Assembly (NCBI GenBank): GCA_965205865.1
Contig: CBDBHR010000025.1
Span: forward strand, 192,001-256,000
Length of the DNA stretch: 64,000 nt
From: a bacterium
GTDB taxonomy: Bacteria > SAR324 > NAC60-12
Direction: 5' to 3'
Shown here: piece by piece, positions 43,246-55,015 of the stretch
Numbering within the stretch: position 1 is the stretch's first letter
Layout of the letters: the number at the start of each line of letters is the position of its first letter
Made by a program: the position numbers and the translations under genes
Notes under the pieces: model-generated
What the model saw: only the letters and a program-made list of their open reading frames with translations
Told to the model about the DNA's origin: nothing
Databases searched by the model: none

Positions 43246-45294
43246 ATGAATCCGATTTTGATCAGTTTGATGTTGATCCTTTCTTTGGCAACCTTTGCTT
43301 ATTTTATCTACGTGAAGGTCCACATATTGCTGCTCGTTGCTCCGGAAAATCGATTCAATCGGATACCTGAACGGATCAAACAGTTGTTTGACTTGGGCAT
43401 CAAACAGCGCCGGCTCATTGGGCGCAAGCATGAGCGTGCTTCCGGGGCTATGCATAGTTTTATTTTCTGGGGATTCCTCGTCCTTGGATTACGCTCGCTG
43501 ATTCTTTTAGGAGAGGGCTTCACGCCAGGATTTCAAGATTTGCTTCCCTTACTTCATTCGGATTCGGTGTTGGGATATCTTTATACTCTGCTCAAAGATA
43601 TTTTTGAAGGCATCGTCTTGTGCATGGTTCTTTTTGCCCTTTATCGCCGAATCATTCTCAGACCATCTCGCCTTTCCAACAGCTTTGCCGCCTTTCTGAT
43701 CTTAGGATTGATTGGCACGCTAATGGTCACCGATTTAATTTACGATGCTGCCAAATTCAAGCTGATTACCCTCCATCAGATAGAATTGGAATACTTACGC
43801 AGTCCGATCTATGGCAGTGAGATGGTATGGGCGCCCCTTGCTTTTCTGGTCAGCAAAATCCTGGCGGGATTGGGTGAAACAGCAACATGGGGTTTTTACT
43901 ACTTCGCATATTGGATCCATGTAAGCGTCCTACTGACATTCTTACCCATCCTTCCAGGCTCGAAACACATGCACGTGATCACTGCATTGCCCAACGTTTT
44001 TTTTGGTTCCCTGGATTATCCACACGCTCCGGCTCCTTTGCTGGATTGTGAAAATGAAGAAGCGTGGGAAAACGAAAATCTCGGTATGAGCCGAATCGAA
44101 CACCTCTCGTGGAAACAGGTTCTTGATTTATATACCTGCACCGAATGCGGTCGATGCAAAGCGGTCTGTCCGACCTACGTGACCTTCAAACCTTTGACTT
44201 TGATGGACATGAACGACAGCTTGAAGCAACATCTGGAAGAAGAAATTCCCTCTTTGAAAAAGCAGCGGAAAAGCAGTGGTAGGAAACAATTGGTGGGAGA
44301 CGTCATCCATCCGGACACCTTGTGGGCCTGTACGACATGCAGGGCCTGTGAGGAAGTTTGTCCGGTTGGCATCGAACATGTGCCTCGTATCATTGCTATG
44401 AGACAAGCGCAAAATTTGCTTTATGAAGCGCAGCCCGTTGAAATCAATAACGCCTACAAAGGGATGGAACGCAATGCCAATCCCTGGGGTATCGGCTACG
44501 ATCAGCGCGCAGATTGGGCCAAGGATTTGAAGATCCCACAAATGTCGGAATCCAATGCAGACCAGATAGACGTGTTGATGTGGGTTGGCTGTGCGGGTTC
44601 CTTCGACGATCGCAATCAAAGAGTAGCAAGAGCAACCGCCCGGATTCTGCAAAAAGCCGACATAAAATTTGCTATTTTAGGCAGTGAAGAAAAGTGCACG
44701 GGCGATCTGGCCCGTCGCTCGGGAAACGAAATGCTTTACCAGATGCTGGCAGGAGAAAATGTTGAAAGATTGAATCAATACAAAATCAAAAAGGTGGTAA
44801 CACAATGTCCTCATTGCCTCAATGCGCTGAAAAACGAATACCCTCAACTGGGAGGGAAGTATGAGGTCTATCACCATTCTCAGTTTATCGCTCAATTGCT
44901 GGAAGAAGGTAAATTGGAACTCCAACCTGAAATCGAAGGGAAAGTCACATTCCATGATCCTTGTTACTTAGGGCGCTACAACAAAGAATATGAGGCGCCC
45001 CGCCGCCTGATCGATGCAGTGACACAAGAAAAAAAGCTGGAAATGCCAAGAAGCCGCAATGAAAGTTTTTGTTGCGGAGCCGGGGGAGCACGCATGTGGT
45101 TGGAAGAAACCATCGGTACTCGCGTCAACGAAGAACGCGTCACTCAGGCAGCAGAGATTGGTGCCACCATGATTGCAACCGCATGTCCTTTTTGCATGAC
45201 CATGATCCAGGATGGCATCCTGGCAACTGGCAATCAAGAAAAAATCCAAAGTAAAGATATCTCGGAATTGATCCTGGACTCTCTACAAACCTGA
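43246..45294 (+). CDS. Membrane Fe-S oxidoreductase (FadF/EMO-like; TM region + 2x[4Fe-4S] + CCG domains)
   Basis: CTECGRCKAVCP, CTTCRACEEVCP, HDPCYLGR and CCGAGG; N-terminal TM helices. Confidence 0.9.
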   Translation: MNPILISLMLILSLATFAYFIYVKVHILLLVAPENRFNRIPERIKQLFDLGIKQRRLIGRKHERASGAMHSFIFWGFLVLGLRSLILLGEGFTPGFQDLLPLLHSDSVLGYLYTLLKDIFEGIVLCMVLFALYRRIILRPSRLSNSFAAFLILGLIGTLMVTDLIYDAAKFKLITLHQIELEYLRSPIYGSEMVWAPLAFLVSKILAGLGETATWGFYYFAYWIHVSVLLTFLPILPGSKHMHVITALPNVFFGSLDYPHAPAPLLDCENEEAWENENLGMSRIEHLSWKQVLDLYTCTECGRCKAVCPTYVTFKPLTLMDMNDSLKQHLEEEIPSLKKQRKSSGRKQLVGDVIHPDTLWACTTCRACEEVCPVGIEHVPRIIAMRQAQNLLYEAQPVEINNAYKGMERNANPWGIGYDQRADWAKDLKIPQMSESNADQIDVLMWVGCAGSFDDRNQRVARATARILQKADIKFAILGSEEKCTGDLARRSGNEMLYQMLAGENVERLNQYKIKKVVTQCPHCLNALKNEYPQLGGKYEVYHHSQFIAQLLEEGKLELQPEIEGKVTFHDPCYLGRYNKEYEAPRRLIDAVTQEKKLEMPRSRNESFCCGAGGARMWLEETIGTRVNEERVTQAAEIGATMIATACPFCMTMIQDGILATGNQEKIQSKDISELILDSLQT

Positions 45295-45653
45295 TCGTCC
45301 ATTCTCACTCCAAACCCTCTGTCTTCATTACTCCTCTAAAGTGATATGAAATTTATTCTGAATTGCTTCAAAAAATTCTCTTCGTTTGCCCGTGTCTTGA
45401 AAAGATTGGGGCTCAACAACTGCCACTTTTCCTGGTCATTGCCAAGTTAGTGTCCGACTGGAACCCCTTGTCCCTTTTAAAGAAAAGGGGGAAGTTAAAA
45501 CAGTCCTTCTTTAGTAACAATGGTTCTGACTTTTTTTTAATTCTTATTAAATTGAAAATAAATCATTTCAAATACTTAGAAAAAGTATCTGAATTATTTA
45601 CAACTCTGAGTCAGTTTCTCAGTTTGAAATAATTCAAGCAATCCCGATGACTG

Positions 45654-45730
45654 TGTCATGCATGACTTGATAAGGCATCCAGGAGTTCTTTGGCAGGCCC
45701 CCTGGATTCCTGGGCAAGCCAGGAACGACA
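45654..45730. repeat. Degenerate GTCAT-type REP doublet
   Basis: TGTCATGCATGACTTGATAAGGCATCCAG ... CTGGATTCCTGGGCAAGCCAGGAACGACA. Confidence 0.7.
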
Positions 45731-46061
45731 TTGATTCTGCGTACGGAACAAAGAATACTTCATATGTATTTCAAAACTGTCAGAAGTATTGTAGTAAAGT
45801 AAAATGGAAAATCGTCGGTTTTCATGACAAAAATCGGAAAAGCTTCTGGAATTCATTTATACAAATAAAAAAATCGACAAATTCTATATCTGGTGTTAAC
45901 ATAACGGATTTCCTTTCGTCTCATGAAAGGTTTCGAAAAAGAAGGAAATGCCGCCAACCACTTCGCGGTCTCGAGGGACGCGAAGCATTTGCATTTCGCA
46001 AAACGGCGAAACGATTAGTCACGCAGCAAGCTGCGTGGGAACAGACCCGAAGAATTAATAA

Positions 46062-46508
46062 GTGACTGATACCGAACAGATTGCGCAACTTCTGGAGCCG
46101 CCCATCGAAAAAGGGGGTTATGAGTTGTGGGACCTAGAGTATCGAAGAGAAGGAAGCAATTGGGTGCTTCGTTTGTTCATTGACCATCCTCGAGGGGTTA
46201 CTTTGGACGACTGTGTCGCAGTGAATCATATCGTCAATCCAATTTTGGAAGCGCATGATCTCATCCTGCAAAAGTACACCCTCGAAGTTTCTTCTCCAGG
46301 CATTTATTGTTCTCTTAAGAAAGCAGATCATTTTAAACGGTTTGTCAGGGAAACCATTCAAATCACGCTTTACCAAGCTGTTTCGAATCGTAAAAAGCTT
46401 ACAGGACAGCTGGTTTCGGCGACTACAAAAGGATTTGAAATCCTCTTGGAAAACGGAGAGCGCCTGCAACTGGCATATCAACAAGTGGCCAAGGCGCGAA
46501 TCAAATAA
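46062..46508 (+). CDS. rimP: Ribosome maturation factor
   Basis: LRLFID...GVTLDDC and YTLEVSSPG; upstream of nusA. Confidence 0.93.
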   Translation: MTDTEQIAQLLEPPIEKGGYELWDLEYRREGSNWVLRLFIDHPRGVTLDDCVAVNHIVNPILEAHDLILQKYTLEVSSPGIYCSLKKADHFKRFVRETIQITLYQAVSNRKKLTGQLVSATTKGFEILLENGERLQLAYQQVAKARIK

Positions 46509-46528
46509 TTTTTCTCAGGAACACAAAA

Positions 46529-47965
46529 ATGGCTGCAGTAAAAGAAAATTTAATGGATGCGATCAGTGACCTTGCCAGAGAAAAAGGCATTGACCGGGAA
46601 GATCTTGTTCAAATTGTGGAAGAAGCTGTAGCTGTAGCAGCGCGCAAAAAGCTGACAAACTACAATACGATTGAAGCAGAGGTGAATCAGAAGACCGGGG
46701 AAGTTGAATTGTTCCAATACAAACGGGTGGCTGAATTTGCAACCGATCCTGAAAATGAAATTCCACTGGAAGAAGCTTTGGCAATGGATGAATCGGCAGA
46801 AGAAGGAGATGAAGTCGAATATGAAATCGATGCCAGAGAATTCAATCGCATTGCTCAAACAACTCGCCAACTTATCTTTAAAAAGATCAAGGATGCCGAA
46901 CGGGAAATCATTTTTAAGACCTTCAGCGAACGCAAAGGGGAGATCTTGACAGGGACGGTGATTCGAACGGAACATGGCGGTCATATTGCGATCAATTTCA
47001 ATCGTACGGAAGCTTATCTTTTCAGAAGAGAACAGATTCCAAGTGAACGATTTGATCAGGGCGATCATATTCGTGCTTTTCTGATGGATGTTTCCAATGA
47101 TCCCAAACAGCCTTCTCAGCTGATGATTTCCAGAACCCATCCCAGTTTCTTGATGAAACTGTTTGAGATGGAAGTACCGGAAGTATACGATGGCATTGTC
47201 GAAGTGATCAATGCCTCACGGGAACCTGGAAAACGTGCTAAGGTTGCGGTATATTCCACCGACAATGATGTCGATCCTGTTGGTGCCTGCGTGGGAATGC
47301 GTGGCAGTCGCGTGCAATCGATTGTCAGCGAACTGCGAGGAGAAAAGATCGACATTGTCCGTTGGAGTGAAGATCTTCCCACTTATCTCGAAAACGCGAT
47401 GGCGCCTGCAGAGATTGTGCGTATGGGAATCAATGAGGAACAACGGGAAATCAACATTTGGGTGGAGCAGGATCAGCTTTCTCTGGCAATCGGCAGACAA
47501 GGTCAAAACGTTCGACTGGCGTCCAAATTACTTGGTTATAAAATCAACGTATCCTCACTGGATGAAGGCCCATCGATTTCCATCGAAGATCAAATTGCGC
47601 TGGAATTGGAAAAAGAACGTTCCTCCGAAGAAATCGTTCCACGGACAACCCGGGCCGAAGCCATCGAGCCCGGAGCATCAGAAGTAATCGAGGAGTCCGT
47701 TGCTGAAGGAGAAGTAGCTGCAGAAGCAACTGAGGAGCCTGTTTCCCGAGAGGAAACGCCATCCGAAAATGAACAAACGACAGCAACGGCTGATCAAGCA
47801 GTCTCATCGACGGAAACCCTTGTGGAAGACAATCAACAATCAGAAACAACTGTACTAACAATAGGCGATCAGGTATTGGAAGAGGTTGGAGCAAAGGACC
47901 AGTCGGTATTCCAGGCTGAAGAAGAGTCCGTAACTGCAGAAAAAAAGATTTCGTCCGAAGATTGA
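46529..47965 (+). CDS. nusA: Transcription factor NusA (acidic C-terminal tail)
   Basis: REPGKRAKVAV, GACVGMRGSRV and AIGRQGQNVRLA. Confidence 0.97.
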   Translation: MAAVKENLMDAISDLAREKGIDREDLVQIVEEAVAVAARKKLTNYNTIEAEVNQKTGEVELFQYKRVAEFATDPENEIPLEEALAMDESAEEGDEVEYEIDAREFNRIAQTTRQLIFKKIKDAEREIIFKTFSERKGEILTGTVIRTEHGGHIAINFNRTEAYLFRREQIPSERFDQGDHIRAFLMDVSNDPKQPSQLMISRTHPSFLMKLFEMEVPEVYDGIVEVINASREPGKRAKVAVYSTDNDVDPVGACVGMRGSRVQSIVSELRGEKIDIVRWSEDLPTYLENAMAPAEIVRMGINEEQREINIWVEQDQLSLAIGRQGQNVRLASKLLGYKINVSSLDEGPSISIEDQIALELEKERSSEEIVPRTTRAEAIEPGASEVIEESVAEGEVAAEATEEPVSREETPSENEQTTATADQAVSSTETLVEDNQQSETTVLTIGDQVLEEVGAKDQSVFQAEEESVTAEKKISSED

Positions 47966-48032
47966 ATTGGCATAGAGCAAAACAAAGGTCGTTGAATCAC
48001 CAGTGTGCCTTAGTTAACAGGAAAAAGGGAGC

Positions 48033-50666
48033 ATGACAAAAAAGACGAAGGTGTTTGAATTGGCAAGAGAATTGAACATGCCATCCAAAGATTTGATTCA
48101 TCAAATGATGACATTCGGGATAGTTGCTGAAAGTAACTTCAAGGGATTGACAGAAGAAGAGATCATTTTCATCAAATCCAAACTGATAGAGGCCCCTGAG
48201 CAAACCGCCTCATCTGATGCCTCCATTGCCCGCACAGGCAGAGTCATTCGTCGTAATAGTATTTTCGCCAAATCCGATGTCGACGCAACAGAGGTGACAC
48301 CTGAAAGAAGAGCTCGTCGCATCATCAAAACCAAGAGAACGCCTGAAGTCGAACTTCCCCCCACAGCTGAAAAACAGGTATCCCCACCTCCTCGCGAAGA
48401 AGCGCTTGCTGAAATTGAGAAGGTAACTCTCAAGGCAGAGAAAGAAATTCCTGAAATACCCAAAGTCGCACCAGATGAACCTGAAAAACTGCCGGTACTG
48501 AAAGCTGCTGATACTCAACCTGCCGCAATAACCAAGTCAGCGCCCACGATTCTTAAAAAGCAAGCGGACGTCGAGTTAAGGCCCCTCCCGGAAACAAGCG
48601 AAAAAGAAATCGCTCCTGCACCAGAAGCTAAAAAAACTGCAGAAGCTGCGACTCCTGAAGAGAACAAGAAAAAACCGGTCGATTTCATCGACCTCGATTC
48701 CAGAAGACCTGCTGCTAAAGAACCAAAACGGGATAAACGCTCCGGTTGGGGAGAAGAAGTTCTCACCGAAGGATGGACCAAAAAGTCCCCCAAACGCATC
48801 CACATTCTGGTTCCTCCTGAAGAAGAAGGAGATCAATGGGAACGAACCCGGCGTAAAAGAAATCGGCGGAATCGGCAAAAAGTCAAAGTTCTGGAAAAAA
48901 GGAAACATACCTTCAACCCCAGAAAGAAAAGCATCAAGATCGGCTCCAGCATCACGGTTGGTGAATTGGCAGGACAAATTGGCATCAAGGCCACGGACAT
49001 CATTAAAAAATTGATGGCGATGGATGTGATGGCTACGATCAATCAGAACATTCCAGGAGAAACCGCCGCTTTGATCGCTTCAGAATTCAATATTGAAGTC
49101 GAGTTGGTCACTGCAAATCTCGAAGACGCCTTGGAAATAAAGCAAGAGGAGCAGGAACTCATCGAGCGCGCGCCGATTGTTACTATCATGGGACACGTGG
49201 ATCATGGCAAAACGTCGCTGCTGGACAAAATACGAGAAACTCAGGTCTCAGAAGGAGAAGCCGGGGGGATCACCCAGCATATTGGCGCGTATCGGGTGGG
49301 AACCCCGATGGGGGATATCACCTTCCTGGACACTCCGGGTCATGAGGCTTTCACTGCCATGCGGGCGCGGGGAGCGAATGTCACCGATATCGTCGTCCTC
49401 GTCGTGGCTGCCGATGATGGAGTGCAACCCCAAACAATCGAAGCCATCCATCATGCTCAGGCGGCAGAAGTTCCCATCATCGTTGTGATCAACAAAATAG
49501 ATCAACCGCAGGCAAACCCGTCCCGAGTTCAGAGAGAACTGTTGGAACACAGTTTGGTCAGTGAAGAATTGGGAGGAGAAACTATTTTTGTCAAAGCCTC
49601 CGCAAAAACCGGAGAAGGCTTGGAAACCTTGCTGGAAATGATACACCTGCAAGCAGAGGTGTTGGAACTGAAGGCTCCTGTGACAGGATATGCGCGGGGA
49701 ACTATTATAGAATCCCAAATCATCAAAGGGCGCGGACCTGTGGGAACGGTTTTGATTCAACAAGGGACTTTGAACGTGGGAGATTTCTATGTGGTCGGTG
49801 AAACTTTCGGCAAAGTCCGCGCCCTCTTTGATGACAAGGGGCATGCGATTAAAAATGTCACCCCATCGACTCCTGCCGAAGTGTTGGGATTCAATAGGGC
49901 GCCGAGCATCGGTGAACATTTTATTGTTCTGGATGATGAAAAAGCAGCACGTCAAATTGCAGAAAATCGAGCCGATAAAAGCAAAGATGACGTGGCGGCT
50001 CAACAACAAAAATTGCATTTGGAAAATCTATTCAATCGCATCACCTCGGAAGAGCATGTGGAATTGAAAATCCTGATCAAGGCAGATGTTTTGGGTTCTG
50101 TCGAAGCATTGCAATCCTCCCTTTCCCAATTGGGAAATGAACAGGTTTCCATTCGTTTTCTGCATACGGGAATTGGAACCATTACCGAAAATGATGTCTT
50201 ACTGGCTTCTGCGTCGGATGCCATCATTATCGGTTTCAACACCATGCTCGACGTCAATGCGAAAATCGTCAATGCCCGGGAGGACGTGGACATTCGCCTC
50301 TATGAGGTGATCTACAATGCCATTGATGACGCAAAAAAGGCATTGGAAGGATTGCTCAAACCCATGCTTCGGGACCAAGTGATCGGCCGATGCGAAGTCC
50401 GCCAGATTTTCAATGCCAACAAATCAGGTCAGATTTTGGGGTGCTATGTCACAGAAGGAAAAATGTTGCGAGATGCATTGGTGCGTATCTTACGAAGTGA
50501 AGATGTCATTCACGAAGGAGATTTGATTTCCTTGAAACGTTTCAAAGATGACGTTCTGGAAGTGTTGAATAACTATGAATGCGGGGTGGTGGTTAATTCT
50601 CATGAAGTGGAAGTTGGCGACGTCATTGAAGCTTATGTCCAAGTGGAAGAATCTGCCACATTGTAG
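48033..50666 (+). CDS. infB: Translation initiation factor IF-2
   Basis: [18 protein letters not shown] and DTPGHEAF. Confidence 0.98.
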   Translation: MTKKTKVFELARELNMPSKDLIHQMMTFGIVAESNFKGLTEEEIIFIKSKLIEAPEQTASSDASIARTGRVIRRNSIFAKSDVDATEVTPERRARRIIKTKRTPEVELPPTAEKQVSPPPREEALAEIEKVTLKAEKEIPEIPKVAPDEPEKLPVLKAADTQPAAITKSAPTILKKQADVELRPLPETSEKEIAPAPEAKKTAEAATPEENKKKPVDFIDLDSRRPAAKEPKRDKRSGWGEEVLTEGWTKKSPKRIHILVPPEEEGDQWERTRRKRNRRNRQKVKVLEKRKHTFNPRKKSIKIGSSITVGELAGQIGIKATDIIKKLMAMDVMATINQNIPGETAALIASEFNIEVELVTANLEDALEIKQEEQELIERAPIVTIMGHVDHGKTSLLDKIRETQVSEGEAGGITQHIGAYRVGTPMGDITFLDTPGHEAFTAMRARGANVTDIVVLVVAADDGVQPQTIEAIHHAQAAEVPIIVVINKIDQPQANPSRVQRELLEHSLVSEELGGETIFVKASAKTGEGLETLLEMIHLQAEVLELKAPVTGYARGTIIESQIIKGRGPVGTVLIQQGTLNVGDFYVVGETFGKVRALFDDKGHAIKNVTPSTPAEVLGFNRAPSIGEHFIVLDDEKAARQIAENRADKSKDDVAAQQQKLHLENLFNRITSEEHVELKILIKADVLGSVEALQSSLSQLGNEQVSIRFLHTGIGTITENDVLLASASDAIIIGFNTMLDVNAKIVNAREDVDIRLYEVIYNAIDDAKKALEGLLKPMLRDQVIGRCEVRQIFNANKSGQILGCYVTEGKMLRDALVRILRSEDVIHEGDLISLKRFKDDVLEVLNNYECGVVVNSHEVEVGDVIEAYVQVEESATL

Positions 50667-50671
50667 GAACC

Positions 50672-51022
50672 ATGCGAAACGTAAAAGATGGCATTCAAAA
50701 TGCTTTGATTCATCGGAAATTATCAGAAATTCTTATCAAAGAGAGCAATGATCCCCGCTTTAAAAGGGTAACCATCAGCCGTGTTGAGGCTGTCAAAGGA
50801 CTTTCGGTTGCGCAGATTTATTTTTCTGTTTATCCTCCCGAACAGATTGAAGAACTCACCATTTCGCTGAACCATGCCGCCGGTTTTTTCAGCAACAGTC
50901 TGGGTCATGCCTTGAAAACAAAAAATACTCCACGCTTGACTTTTATCTACGACAAAGGATTTGATTACAGCGGACAAATTGATACAATCCTCAAGCAGGT
51001 ATCGAAAAAAGAAAATCTTTAA
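50672..51022 (+). CDS. rbfA: Ribosome-binding factor A
   Basis: DPR...VTISRVE and TPRLTFIYD; synteny. Confidence 0.92.
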   Translation: MRNVKDGIQNALIHRKLSEILIKESNDPRFKRVTISRVEAVKGLSVAQIYFSVYPPEQIEELTISLNHAAGFFSNSLGHALKTKNTPRLTFIYDKGFDYSGQIDTILKQVSKKENL

Positions 51023-51031
51023 AAGGTTGAT

Positions 51032-51943
51032 TTGAACACAATTATCAATGTCGATAAAGAGCAGGGTATCAGCTCCTTCGGCGTGGTCAAGGCACTTAAA
51101 AAACTATTCGATGTAAAAAAAGTCGGACATCTGGGGACCTTGGATCCTTTGGCAAGCGGAGTTTTGCCCGTCTTTATGGGCAAGGCAACCAAGCTCATTT
51201 TCCTCTTCAATGGATCAGACAAAGAATATCGCGCTACCTTGAAACTGGGTCAGCAAACCGACACTCTGGATGCTGAAGGTAAAATCATTACCGAGGCCCG
51301 CATCGACCATCTGACCCACGAGGTCATTGAACAATGTCTTTTCCACTACAAAGGGAAACAACGCCAGCAAATCCCGGCATTTTCGGCAATCAAGTACAAC
51401 GGTGTCCCTGCTTACCGCCTTGCCCGAGAGGGAAAGCCGGTGCTGCGCAAAGAAAAAACAATTCGTATCGATTCCATTCGGCTCGAGTCGTTTCAACTTC
51501 CCCTCGTCGTCATCCGGGTGCGCTGCTCCAGCGGTACTTACATGCGCTCTCTGGCCGATGACGTTGGTCAGAGTTTGGGAGTGGGCGCCTATTTGGCTGA
51601 CTTGCGGCGGCTCGCCGTAGGAGCTTATTTCAATTTGGAAAATGCTCATCCTCTGCAAACACTATCCCTCTTCAAGAAACGTGCTGATTTTTCCTGTTGC
51701 ATCAATCCTGTTGACATTTTAAATGAATTCCATACTGTGTTTGTTAACCAAGAAGCGCAAAAACGTTTGAGTGATGGACAGTCGCTTCCTCTGGAAACCA
51801 TACAACCCTCTTCTCCACTCACGGAAAAAGATCTCCCTCTTCTCACCAAAGCAGTCGATTCCAAAAAAAACCTGGTGGCGATTGGACAGATTGCTGCTCA
51901 CGAAAACCACTGTCAATTCAATCCTTCAAAAATCTTTATTTAG
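51032..51943 (+). CDS. truB: tRNA pseudouridine(55) synthase
   Basis: [12 protein letters not shown] and [10 protein letters not shown]. Confidence 0.96.
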   Translation: MNTIINVDKEQGISSFGVVKALKKLFDVKKVGHLGTLDPLASGVLPVFMGKATKLIFLFNGSDKEYRATLKLGQQTDTLDAEGKIITEARIDHLTHEVIEQCLFHYKGKQRQQIPAFSAIKYNGVPAYRLAREGKPVLRKEKTIRIDSIRLESFQLPLVVIRVRCSSGTYMRSLADDVGQSLGVGAYLADLRRLAVGAYFNLENAHPLQTLSLFKKRADFSCCINPVDILNEFHTVFVNQEAQKRLSDGQSLPLETIQPSSPLTEKDLPLLTKAVDSKKNLVAIGQIAAHENHCQFNPSKIFI

Positions 51944-51951
51944 AGAAATGC

Positions 51952-52218
51952 ATGCTAACCAAAGAAGCAAAGACGGAAATCAGCAAAAAATACGGTCTCA
52001 ATGAAAACGACACGGGTTCTGCCGATGTACAAGTGGCCTTGCTGTCTTCCCGTATCCATTATCTGACCACACATCTGCAACAAAAACCCAAAGATCATGA
52101 TTCCCGCAGAGGACTCTTGAAACTGGTTGGACGTCGCCGCAGCTTTTTGAATTATATAATGAAAAAAGACATGGAGCGTTACCGGGACATCATCAAGCGT
52201 TTAGGAATCCGCAAATAA
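51952..52218 (+). CDS. rpsO: 30S ribosomal protein S15
   Basis: [10 protein letters not shown] and [13 protein letters not shown]. Confidence 0.98.
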   Translation: MLTKEAKTEISKKYGLNENDTGSADVQVALLSSRIHYLTTHLQQKPKDHDSRRGLLKLVGRRRSFLNYIMKKDMERYRDIIKRLGIRK

Positions 52219-52239
52219 ACCCGCTCGGAGTAATACTCT

Positions 52240-54306
52240 ATGAAATTAATTGAAACAGAATTTGGTGGCAGACCTTTTTCCATCGAAACAGGAAAAATGG
52301 CCAAGCAAGCCGGTGGTTCGGTGGTCGTCCGATATGGAGACACCGTAGTCCTGGTTACTGCCACTGCAGAAAAAGAAGCCGGAAAAGCACGTGATTTTTT
52401 TCCTCTCTCCGTCCATTATGTGGAAAAAGCCTATGCAACCGGGCGAATTCCAGGTGGATTCTTCAAAAGAGAAGGTCGTTTGTCAGATCGAGAAACCTTG
52501 ATTTCTCGTTTCATCGACCGCCCCCTGCGCCCTCTTTTTGACAAGCATTTCCTGGCTGAGACCGTTGTGCAGGCTACGGTCTTGAGTTCAGACCTGGTCA
52601 ATAGGCCCGATGTGGCTGCCATGAACGGCGCATCGGCTGCTCTCCTACTCTCCGACATCCCATTCACCACACCCATTGCAGGAGTCCGTATCGGCTACAT
52701 TGACGACGAATTCGTTGTCAATCCCGTGCCATCCGAATTGGAAAAAGGCGCATTGGATCTTTTGATTGCCGGCTCGAAAGATGCCATTTTGATGGTGGAA
52801 GGAGAAGCCAATCAGCTTTCTGAAGAACTGATGCTTGAAGCAATTCTTTTTGGCCATCAAGCCATTCAGCCTATCCTTGCCATCCAGCAAGAACTGGTGC
52901 GAGAGTGTGGAAGGCCCAAACGAACTGTAATTCCACCAGAAGAAAATGAGGAGCTTCAAGTCCGGGTTGAAAAATTCGCCCTTCCCAAAGTGCAGGAAGC
53001 CCTGAGAACCAAGGATAAATTGGAACGCTACGCCTTGATGGATACGATTGGGGCTGATGTCGTGGAAGCCTTGGGGGTGGAGGATGACCAAGAAAAACAG
53101 GAAATCGAGCAGATTCTTGCCTCATTAAAAAAACGAGAAATGCGAACCAAAATTTTAGATGAAGGCGTTCGTATTGATGGACGATCCTTGACGGATATTC
53201 GGAATATTACCTGTGAAACCGGTGTCTTACCGCGGGCTCATGGTTCGGCATTGTTCACCCGGGGAGAAACCCAAGCCTTGGTCGTCACCACCCTGGGCAC
53301 CAAAGAAGACGAACAAATGATCGACGCCCTGGATGGCATTTCCTTTAAAAACTTTCTCCTCCACTACAACTTTCCCGCCTTTTCTGTCGGTGAAGCCCGC
53401 CCTCCGCGCGGTCCGGGACGACGTGAAATCGGCCACGGGTTCCTGGCAGAAAAAGGAGTGACCCCAATTCTTCCGGAGCGTGAAGAATTTCCTTACACAA
53501 TCCGGGTGGTTTCCGAAATATTGGAATCCAACGGATCTTCTTCCATGGCAACCGTCTGCGGTACTTCCTTAGCCATGATGGATGCCGGTGTACCACTGCG
53601 AGCGGCCACGGCGGGCATTGCAATGGGGTTGATCTATGAAGACGACCGCACCGCCATTCTCTCCGACATTTTGGGAGATGAAGATCATCTTGGAGACATG
53701 GATTTTAAAGTGGCAGGCACGGAAAACGGCATTACGGCCTTACAAATGGATATCAAAGTCACGGGCATTGACCGGGATATTATCGAAAGGGCGCTCTCCC
53801 AGGCAAAAGAAGGACGGCTCCACATCCTGGAAGTGATGAAAGAAGAGATCTCTTCTTCCCGGGAGGGCTTGTCCAGTTATGCCCCTCGCTTCGTCACGTA
53901 CAAGATCCCGGTTGATAAGATCCGTGACGTCATTGGTCCTGGCGGCAAAGTGATCAAGCACATCACGGAAAAAACCGGCGCAAAAATCAATGTCAATGAC
54001 GATGGCATCATTTCTGTCGTCTCTACCGACCACCAGGCAGTGGATGAAGCCTTGGAGATGATTCAAGATCTCACCCGTACTGCCGAAATCGGGACGGTGT
54101 ACAAAGCAATGGTGGTCAAGGTCGTCGATTTTGGAGCCTTTGTGGAAATTTTTCCGGGCACTCAAGGTCTGGTCCATATTTCCAATTTGGCTGAAGGACG
54201 CGTGAAAACGGTGAGCGAGGTTGTCCAGGAAGGTCAAGAAGTCCGCGTCCGTGCAATCGGGTTCGACCGTCGGGGTAAATTACAGCTTAGTATCAAGGAT
54301 GTATGA
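52240..54306 (+). CDS. pnp: Polyribonucleotide nucleotidyltransferase
   Basis: GGFFKREG, RREIGHG, SNGSSSMA and GDMDFKVAG; KH and S1 domains. Confidence 0.98.
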   Translation: MKLIETEFGGRPFSIETGKMAKQAGGSVVVRYGDTVVLVTATAEKEAGKARDFFPLSVHYVEKAYATGRIPGGFFKREGRLSDRETLISRFIDRPLRPLFDKHFLAETVVQATVLSSDLVNRPDVAAMNGASAALLLSDIPFTTPIAGVRIGYIDDEFVVNPVPSELEKGALDLLIAGSKDAILMVEGEANQLSEELMLEAILFGHQAIQPILAIQQELVRECGRPKRTVIPPEENEELQVRVEKFALPKVQEALRTKDKLERYALMDTIGADVVEALGVEDDQEKQEIEQILASLKKREMRTKILDEGVRIDGRSLTDIRNITCETGVLPRAHGSALFTRGETQALVVTTLGTKEDEQMIDALDGISFKNFLLHYNFPAFSVGEARPPRGPGRREIGHGFLAEKGVTPILPEREEFPYTIRVVSEILESNGSSSMATVCGTSLAMMDAGVPLRAATAGIAMGLIYEDDRTAILSDILGDEDHLGDMDFKVAGTENGITALQMDIKVTGIDRDIIERALSQAKEGRLHILEVMKEEISSSREGLSSYAPRFVTYKIPVDKIRDVIGPGGKVIKHITEKTGAKINVNDDGIISVVSTDHQAVDEALEMIQDLTRTAEIGTVYKAMVVKVVDFGAFVEIFPGTQGLVHISNLAEGRVKTVSEVVQEGQEVRVRAIGFDRRGKLQLSIKDV

Positions 54307-54473
54307 AAGCAAAAAGTGTAAATTCAGAGCCCGATTTCATTTACATCCGGATTGATTTTCCAAATTTACTTTGCAATCTCTTCCAACCTGTATTATATTG
54401 AAAAACACTCGCTTCGCCAGCAATCTTTTCTGCGGAAGAGATTTACTGGGGAAGCAATTTCCCTCCCAATAAT

Positions 54474-54851
54474 GGGGGTGTCTTGGCTTCGACTGCAAGC
54501 GGAAATAAAGTAAGCAAGCCGTGGTTGATACTCTGGGCCACGTAAAAAGGAGTATCTTTAAAATTAGCTGCAAACAACGCAGACTATCTTCCTGCAGATC
54601 TGGCACTTGCTGCCTAATCATTGAATGCAGGCGCTTTCAGGTGGGTTTGCCTGAGACGTATTTGAAAGTGTCATAAAAATCAGGCTGGTTTACCTGAACC
54701 TCCGGCAGGTAAATAAGATCCCTGGAGGTGTTCCGATGTGAGGTGGTTCACTGCCAACACCAGCGGCAAAAACGAGCAAAGTGGACTAAGCTTGTAGAAA
54801 TCTTTATGGAACCTCTGTAGGACGCGGGTTCGATTCCCGCCACCTCCACCA
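54474..54851 (+). ncRNA. ssrA: tmRNA; tag ANNADYLPADLALAA* (54570..54617)
   Basis: 5' GGGGGTG pairs with 3' CACCTCC-ACCA; T-arm GCGGGTTCGATTCCCGC; tag ends LALAA-TAA. Confidence 0.95.
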
Positions 54852-55015
54852 ATTTTACGACCCTTCCGGAACTTGTTAAAATCTCATGAAAGCTGGTATC
54901 CTGTCCCATCAATAAGTAGTATTATATACCGCTGGTATGCGCCGCTGGTTCACAGGATATCGTATCTTCTTGGGTATCTTCAGACAAAGTTGTGATTTTA
55001 AATCGGAGATAAATT

